Source of the DNA: Eledone cirrhosa
Lineage: Eukaryota
NCBI GenBank assembly: GCA_964016885.1
Contig: OZ024743.1
Span: forward strand, 28,768,001 to 28,832,000
DNA length: 64,000 nucleotides
Direction: 5' to 3'
The position numbers and the translations under genes are program-made. Below the pieces are notes generated by a model. It did not search any database, was not told the origin of the DNA, and saw only the letters and a program-made list of their open reading frames with translations. This document shows positions 55,591-64,000 of the stretch, piece by piece (position 1 is the first letter of the stretch; every line of letters begins with the position of its first letter).

Positions 55591-55633
55591 ACGATGAACT
55601 AGTTTCTAGCTTATTAGCAGTCATCAGCAACGT
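55591..55633 (-). ncRNA. Type I hammerhead ribozyme, weakened stems
   Basis: ACGTTG-CTGATGA-ctGCTaataAGCta-GAAAC-TA-GTT-CATCGT. Confidence 0.6.
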
Positions 55634-55678
55634 ATACCTTCCTGTCAGTCGATTGAACGTTTGAACGTATATACTTTC

Positions 55679-56043
<365 letters not shown>

Positions 56044-56056
56044 TATATATATATAT

Positions 56057-56276
56057 ATAACAAAGGAATTGTAGTAAGGAACCAGATGGACCATAACGCA
56101 CCAGAGTACTCAATACTTAGAGTAGTAGAGTGGGAAATAGGAAAAAGTATGACCCCGACGGCACAGCTCAAGCCGTTTCGACGACTATTTCTGGACTATT
56201 TGAGTCCAGAAATAGCCGTCGAAACGGCTTGAGCCCTACCCTCGGGGTCATACTTTTTCCTATATATATATATATT

Positions 56277-56346
<70 letters not shown>

Positions 56347-56452
56347 GAAACGGCTGGAGCTCAGCTGTCGGGGTCCTGACTCTTTTCCTATATATATATA
56401 TATATGAAAAGAGTCAGGACCCCGACGGCTGAGCTCTGGCCGTTTCGACAGC
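56057..56452. mobile_element. Two family D fold-back modules
   Basis: 56057-56263 is tail + palindrome; 56345-56452 has arms around a short TA tract. Confidence 0.8.
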
Positions 56453-56671
56453 TAGAGCTAGAGACCCTCTTCCTGTTATTTCAAGCGTTAATCTAATATA
56501 TTCCTTCCGTATACTGTACCGACTGTATTGTTATTTTTGTTTACCTTTTTTACCATGCCAGTACCGGTTGTATCTCAGCGCACTCAATGGGCAATGTAAG
56601 ATACATTACCAGAGTATACACATAGTTATTTGCCTCAACACAGCACACGTAAAACGGGTGCCTATAAGAAC

Positions 56672-56781
56672 CCCGGACTCGAGTTTCTGCCGCACTAATG
56701 CAGCGGTAAGGTGCACTGCACCATCTGTCTGCATATATTATGCAACAATGCACAATCGGCTTATGCGGCTTCATCAGCGGG
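56672..56781 (-). ncRNA. Type I hammerhead ribozyme with 83-nt branched stem II region
   Basis: CCCG-CTGATGA-aGCCGCA...TGCGGCa-GAAAC-TCGA-GTC-CGGG. Confidence 0.8.
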
Positions 56782-57409
56782 TATCGCCTAAAATAACCAA
56801 TCGATCGCCAGAATCCAAACACCGGCCCATGCCGGTCATGACTGTTTGTGACAACTGACACGTTAAAGCGATTAGCAACTGGCAACCGATAGGACTCTAT
56901 CTCTCAACTAGCCACTGATTTACGAATTTTACGTGGGGACTGGAAGCTAAAAAGAATCAATCTTTTAGTTCCTGTCAGAAGACCTCAGCCAACGTGTCTC
57001 ACACACAAATTATCAAGAGGTGAAAAGATGGCTATTAGAAATAGCAGTTCACATTGATATAAAATAGAATGGTAGCATTCGGTTCATGTCTCCAAGCCCA
57101 TGGCTAGAGGAAAGCGATGGTAACAATGGTAGTGCCAAGAACCTTTAACGGACTTTAAATGCGATCATCCATTATATAACAATATAGTAGCGAGCTGAAA
57201 TGTGTCAGCCACGTGCGTAGATAACCAGTCTAATTCACAACTTAAAAGAGTGAGAGACAAAATTAGTAGCAGGAAAAAGAGTGCATATCAAAACAAAAAC
57301 ACAATAAAAAGTGAAAAATTGTTTAACTTACTCTCATATATATATATATATATATAATTTAGGCTTGTATTTTGTTATGGGGTAGGTTGTAAGGTATAAA
57401 TTATATATA

Positions 57410-57590
57410 TAATGGTCGATCGACTTTCGTCAAATCGAACCGAGGAAACAATGTTTCCGTTGACGTTTCCAATTGCTAATACTATCTATCAGTCGCAACT
57501 CCAGATAGAAGGAGCAACATGAAATAAAGTGTCTTGCTCAAAGACATAATGCATCGCACGGTCCAGGAATCGAACTCACAACCTCACAAT
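57410..57590 (-). mobile_element. SINE family B, head truncated
   Basis: Matches 5915-6085. Confidence 0.8.
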
Positions 57591-57738
57591 ATATAGTTTC
57601 AGAAGATCCTGTTAAAGGTGAAAGGAGCGATTCTTTGCTTAAACTTTAATCTGTTATTTTAATAAATATTTGCTCTAGGGTTGTTATATATTTGATATAT
57701 ATTTATCTTTGGATGTTAGTCTTCATATTTATTATTAT

Positions 57739-58217
<479 letters not shown>

Positions 58218-58226
<9 letters not shown>

Positions 58227-59580
58227 TATAAATATTAATAAAATAGATGTTCTTTTGATCAATTAAATTTTATTAACAGTAATTATCTTTTGTAAGTTTT
58301 TAATTTTACCTACCGTATTTTTCTATCCATGATTCAAATATAGAGCAAATATCCAAACTATAAATTATTACGGACCTTATTCTGAACTCTGAATTATCCA
58401 TGCATTTATTATTATTTTTCTTATATATATGTATGTATTTAACTGTAACACGTTGAAATCTATTATATAAGATTATAATCGTTATCATTTACCTAAAGTA
58501 TACTGTATCACTAATACTTAATATATATCTATATATACCTCCCTGTAGCTCTCTATACATAATTTTTAGATAACTTCAAAATTTTTAAATTATTATTTAT
58601 TTTGAACTGTGAATAATTCATGCATTTACTACCTGTTATATATAGGTATCTATTTAACTTTAGCATGCTTCACTCTATTATTTTATATTCGTTATCATTT
58701 ACCTAAAATATACTGGCTCATTAATATATCTCTATATACATAATCGTTATTTAAATATTTCTAACAATAAGTACTTCATAAGCTTTACATACCAAAAATG
58801 TTGACACTTTTATAGGTAATCTTCGTTAAAGTTTACATTTAGGAAAATATTCAACAGTGTAAATTTTCCTTTCGCTTGCCAGGTAAATACTTTAAATTTT
58901 ATCCTCATAAAATTCAGAAATTTATAAATGTTAACACACTTATAGAATTTATAAAATTAATAAATATAAATAACCAGCAACTTTTAAAAACACCTAAAAT
59001 CTTGATTCTTCACCCTTAAAATAACAAATTAAATATTTTGAAACTTAACCGTTTAGCTTTTGGGAAAAAAATCTCTTTCTGCATATATTACTCCCCTTTA
59101 TCTTTCCCTCTCTTTAAATCCTCTTTCAGCGGCCCTCGTGGACTGTTATAATTCATGAGATGTTTTCCTAGATAACCATAACTTGTAGTATCCTACATGT
59201 TAAAATCTCTATAGTCGTCACATTAACCAACATTTTTCTTACTCACACATTCCCTATTGAATATATTACGTTTTCGCATTTTCTCATTATTATGGTATAA
59301 ATGTTGAGTTTTCTCTTAGGTTAATCACTACCTTGATTAAATCTTAACCATTTAACATCTCAGGGTGTGTCATGTATCATTATATTTTGTCTGATGAGGG
59401 CGTACTGTTGTACCTCCGAAATATGTATAATAAAATTTAATTGATCAAAAGAACATCTATTTTATTAATATTTATATTTTAATATTAATAACTCTGGAAA
59501 ATTATTTACTGTAGAGTGCTTCCAATCTACTGTAAAACTCATTCTTTGATATACTCATTGAATCTTGTTTAACTCTTTAA
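58218..59580 (+). mobile_element. 1.36-kb non-coding PLE-type module in (TA)n
   Basis: 58-bp arms 58218-58275 and 59428-59485, HHR just before the right arm, about 95-nt tail. Confidence 0.8.
59384..59436 (+). ncRNA. Type I hammerhead ribozyme
   Basis: ATTTTGT-CTGATGA-gggcGTACtgttGTACctcc-GAAA-TATGTA-TA-ATAAAAT. Confidence 0.8.
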
Positions 59581-59724
59581 TATATATATATATATATATG
59601 TATATATATTAGAATTGGTGCTCTGAAATAGCTATATATATATGAATGTATATATAGTGTATTTTGCAATACACTGTATGCTTAATTAAAAGCATTTCGA
59701 AGACCTTATGCTTTTGTTTTAGAG

Positions 59725-60426
59725 CAAAGGTTCTCAACCCATTTCCCTTCGAAATCACGAAACGGCCCCCTACCCTTTTTTTCCATTTTTCAATATACTA
59801 CTGATTTTGATATCAGTAGATTACTAAAAAATCGATTAACGATATTCCAAAGATACCATTGCAGGCAGTTGAAAGTATAAATACATTACTTGAAAGGAAG
59901 TATATAAATTTCAAAAAAAGGAACATAAATGTTCTTTTTTATGAATTAGGACCAGTTGAATTTGTTATATTCCCACCAGACGATACCAGCTATTTTGAAA
60001 ATTTATACAAGATCAACTCTGTCTATCCAAAGAGTGCTCTTATCTGGAAGAAAGTGGCAATTGTATTATTTCAAAGCTTTCCAATTTCCCATTTAATGAA
60101 ACGGACAGAATAAATGCTGATATCTAACTTGATGTCCCCTCCGCTTTGTGACCACGCAAGAGGGTTTTCATGACCTCGTAAGAGGGTATATTCATTAGTG
60201 AACGGTAAAATATATACAACTAATGAGTAAGTGAATTGTGGTAGATGGTTTGCAGTCCTGTCTGACTGCAACTACAAATAAAAAATCGACTTACTTTGAC
60301 CTCGTATCAATGGGACCCTTGAGCTTCATGGATTTTAGCTAGTCTTTGACGTCAGGCTGGATTTTCGTGAGCTGTAGCCGGAGATCTCCACGTGCAATCA
60401 CATTGTAGCGGTTGCGAGCCTTACTA
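59725..60426. mobile_element. Degenerate hAT (Charlie-like) derivative inserted in the left arm
   Basis: Ends caaaggttctcaacc / ggttgcgagccttacta, 8-bp flanks ttttagag / tgctagag, absent from the mirror arm. Confidence 0.55.
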
Positions 60427-60481
60427 TGCTAGAGTAGTGACAGACTCACTTACTTTAATTTCAGAAAACAGGGGGAGATAA

Positions 60482-60526
60482 AGCTGACAAGGCCTTGTTT
60501 CGCATTTATTGATGCTTATCAAAGCC
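60482..60526 (-). ncRNA. Hammerhead ribozyme with U3-A8 core
   Basis: GGCT-TTGATAA-GCATcaataaATGC-GAAAC-AAGGCCTT-GTC-AGCT. Confidence 0.7.
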
Positions 60527-60791
60527 AACTACTCCTCCTGTTTGCTGAAATCATGGATGTTTGGTTCTTATAGAATTCTAGTAAATAATCAGGAACTGAT
60601 TATACAGAGCGGTTGCCGGTCAAGCAATACACTATATATACATTCATATATATATAGCTATTTCAGAGCACCAATTCTAATTTTCAATTTCTGCTTGACC
60701 GGCAACCGCTCTATATAATCAGTTCCTGATTATTTACTAGAATTCTATAAGAACCAAACATCCATGATTTCAGCTAACATGAGGAGTAGTT

Positions 60792-60836
60792 GGCTTTGAT
60801 AAGCATCAATAAATGCGAAACAAGGCATTGTCAGCT
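60792..60836 (+). ncRNA. Hammerhead ribozyme with U3-A8 core (mirror copy)
   Basis: Same motif with one stem III change. Confidence 0.7.
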
Positions 60837-60962
60837 TTATCTCCCCCTGTTTGCTGAAATTAAAGTAAGTGAGTCTGTCACTACTCTAAAACAATATCAT
60901 AAGGTCTTCGAAATGCTTTTAATTAAGCATACAGTGTATTGCAAAATACACTGTATATACAT

Positions 60963-61305
<343 letters not shown>

Positions 61306-61419
61306 GAGAGAGAGAGAGAGAATTGAGGTTGGTAATGGCACATGGAATATATAAGAGACAGAATACTTTTTTGTGAAAAAACATAATTTTATAAGGTAAG
61401 GAAATAATAAAGGGTATAA

Positions 61420-61468
61420 AAAATGACCGGTTTCGATGGGTCTGCAAAAAGCCATCTTTTCAAATGTT
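61420..61468 (-). ncRNA. Hammerhead-like motif with U3-A8 core (mirror copy)
   Basis: Reverse complement of 62213-62260. Confidence 0.55.
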
Positions 61469-61954
61469 GATTAATATTACGAAAAATTAATAATACGAAG
61501 AGTTAAAATTTGAGATTTGAAAATTCAAGTATAAAATTCATTGTGGGATTTCATAGTAGTTTTCATCTTGGTAGCAGCTAGTTGACTGCTGTGTGCCTTT
61601 CTGGTAGTGAATGAGAAGTTATTTGGGGGTGTGGGTTATTTTATAAAGGTCAGATTTAGCAATGGCCAGCTGGCCAGCTGCTGGTCAGTGAGGGGGTGGA
61701 AGCAATATACATACATATATCTTCCTGTGGTGGGTAGGAGAGTGGAGCGTGATAGAAAGGGATTTAGTGCACTTACACCTATATATACACACATACCTTC
61801 ATCCACACATACATACATATACATACACACATACACACACACACATATATACACATACACACACATATATATATACACACACACATATATATATACATAC
61901 ACATACATCCAGATACACACATACATACACACACACACACACATATATATATAT

Positions 61955-62010
<56 letters not shown>

Positions 62011-62212
62011 CCACACATTGCTAAATCTGACCTTTATAAAATAACCCACACCCCCCAAATAACTTCTCATTCACTACCAGAAAGGCACACAGCAGTCAAC
62101 TAGCTGCTACCAAGATGAAAACTACTGTGAAATCCCACAATGAATTTTATACTTGAATTTTCAAATCTCAAATTTTAACTCTTCGTATTATTAATTTTTC
62201 TTAATATTAATC

Positions 62213-62260
62213 AACATTTGAAAAGATGGCTTTTGCAGACCCATCGAAACCGGTCATTTT
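62213..62260 (+). ncRNA. Hammerhead-like motif with U3-A8 core, weak stem I
   Basis: AACAT-TTGAAAA-GATGGcttttgcagacCCATC-GAAAC-CG-GTC-ATTTT. Confidence 0.55.
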
Positions 62261-62464
62261 TTATACCCTTTATTATTTCCTTACCTTATAAAATTATATG
62301 TTTTTTCACAAAAAATTATTCTGTCTCTTATATATTCCATGTGCCATTACCAACCTCAATTTTCTCTATAACCTTCGTTTTGTGTAGAAAATTACACTTT
62401 TCATATATATATATATATATATATGAATGTATATATAGTGTATTTTGCAATACACTGTATATAT

Positions 62465-62751
62465 ATCATCTTGGCTAAGAGAGTGAGACTGGCTTTGTGC
62501 AGTGCCTTTGCTCACTATAAAAGCTTCACGGCACAGGCATTGCTTTATATCTGGAGATCTCTCTGCACTTGTCGTCACATGGTACCATGGGCCCAGCACT
62601 ATGTGTCAATAATTGTCACAAGTGTAGTGTTTGTACCAGAGTGTTCAAGTCGCTGGCTGGACTAAAAAGTCACACTCGTTCAGCGCATCAGTAGGGGTTC
62701 TCCTACATAGATATAAAGTAGTGGCCGTACTCGAAAACGAGTTGGCAGCCA

Positions 62752-62754
<3 letters not shown>
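62465..62754 (+). mobile_element. Family C retroposon, truncated
   Basis: Reverse complement of 18917-19207. Confidence 0.8.
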
Positions 62755-62801
<47 letters not shown>

Positions 62802-62806
<5 letters not shown>

Positions 62807-62980
62807 AAAAAGTACGACCCCGTCGGCAGAGCTCAAGCCGTTTCGTCCAGAAATAGCCGTCGAAACGGCTTGAGCTCTGCCCTCGGGGTCATACATTTTC
62901 CTATTTCCCACTCTACTACCCTAAGTATTGAGTACTCTGGTGCGTTAGGGTCCATCTGGTTCCTTACCACAATTCCTTTG

Positions 62981-62983
<3 letters not shown>
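62802..62983 (+). mobile_element. Fold-back module, family D
   Basis: Palindrome + tail as at 23630-23828, TA flanks. Confidence 0.85.
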
Positions 62984-63019
<36 letters not shown>

Positions 63020-63532
63020 CTCCCTTATACAATCCTACCCAACAACAAAATACAAGCCTAAACAGACTACCCAGATTACACTACATAACATATAAATACC
63101 TAGTGGATACCACTGCAGTCCTTCACACCAGAAACCTTTTATCAATGTATATAATGTTTTTATTCTTATACAGCCCTACCCAATACTTAAGTACAACTTG
63201 CCTAAACTCATCAATAACACACCACACAATATATAATAAGGCAATTAAATACAATTGAAATTATTAAATTAATTAAATCCCACCCTCCATACTGGTACTA
63301 AGAGAGCGATCTTTACTAGGCCACAATCGCCCTTAATATAGGGGTTCTCTCGAAAGGATGAAAGGTAATTTTGACTTCGGTAGGATTTTAACACAGAATG
63401 CACAGATCTGGAACAAATAACGAGACGTTTAATTTTCTTCTTTAATGATTTTAGCAATGTTTCTAAGAGAGAGATGGAGTGATAAAAAGTGTAGAGAAGC
63501 CCACGTGATGTTTTCTGACTATGTTCCTTTCG

Positions 63533-63728
63533 CGGACCTGCCAACCGCTAAAAACCCAAACGGGAAGTAGCATGAAAAACAGTGCCCGAAAACGGGGAGA
63601 AATGAAGCAAAATGGAGGGGGGCGTACTTAATGAAAGCTATACCCATTTTTACAAGAGAAGACATCCCCCACCCACCCCAAAGTCGGTGGGAGATCTCCC
63701 CGTCGGATGGGGAGAGTTGACAGGTCTG
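63533..63728. mobile_element. Putative MITE
   Basis: 13-bp imperfect TIRs cggacctgccaac / gttgacaggtctg. Confidence 0.45.
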
Positions 63729-64000
63729 CTTTTGCAACAAGCTATTCATCGTCTTTGTGAAAATATTAACATCCTTTTATTATTGACAATAAAATTTAAT
63801 ATTCCAACAACTATTTGTTTTAAAATTTAGTAGTTATACTGTTATTTAATAACAGTTATATTAAGATAATGCATTTAACTGGCTTCACAGAGGTATTTTG
63901 GGCCGTTTTAATTGATTTTACAGTTAAAGCAATTGAATAATTTCAGTACTTTCGTGTTGAGGCAATTATATGATGTAGTTAGTGAAGACAATTGTAAGTT

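Larger units (their letters stand above)
61321..62402 (+). mobile_element. PLE-type module with about 345-bp inverted arms and about 40-nt tail
   Basis: Arms 61321-61664 and 62016-62361. Confidence 0.85.

Overview
Eukaryotic, AT-rich, repeat-dominated DNA. The microsatellite load and SINE/RTE content suggest a coleoid cephalopod such as Octopus (inference). I found no supportable host gene, rRNA, tRNA or CRISPR, and most ORFs in the track are microsatellite artefacts. The window holds one apparently full-length RTE LINE with an uninterrupted 1044-aa APE-RT ORF; fragments of R4/Dong, CRE, CR1, Tx1-like and other RTE LINEs; two tRNA-derived SINE families; Helitrons; and small DNA-transposon derivatives. 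The main signal is a dense set of Penelope-like (PLE) modules in (TA)n tracts, each built as inverted partial repeat + body + 3' tail. Two carry GIY-YIG remnants (one Naiad-like); most are non-coding. About 15 type I hammerhead ribozyme (HHR) motifs can be read by eye in these modules, including two non-canonical classes: HHRs with 76-83 nt stem II insertions and a mismatch at the base of stem II, and HHRs with a U3-A8 core. All folds were done by eye and are untested. Boundaries of degenerate elements are approximate.
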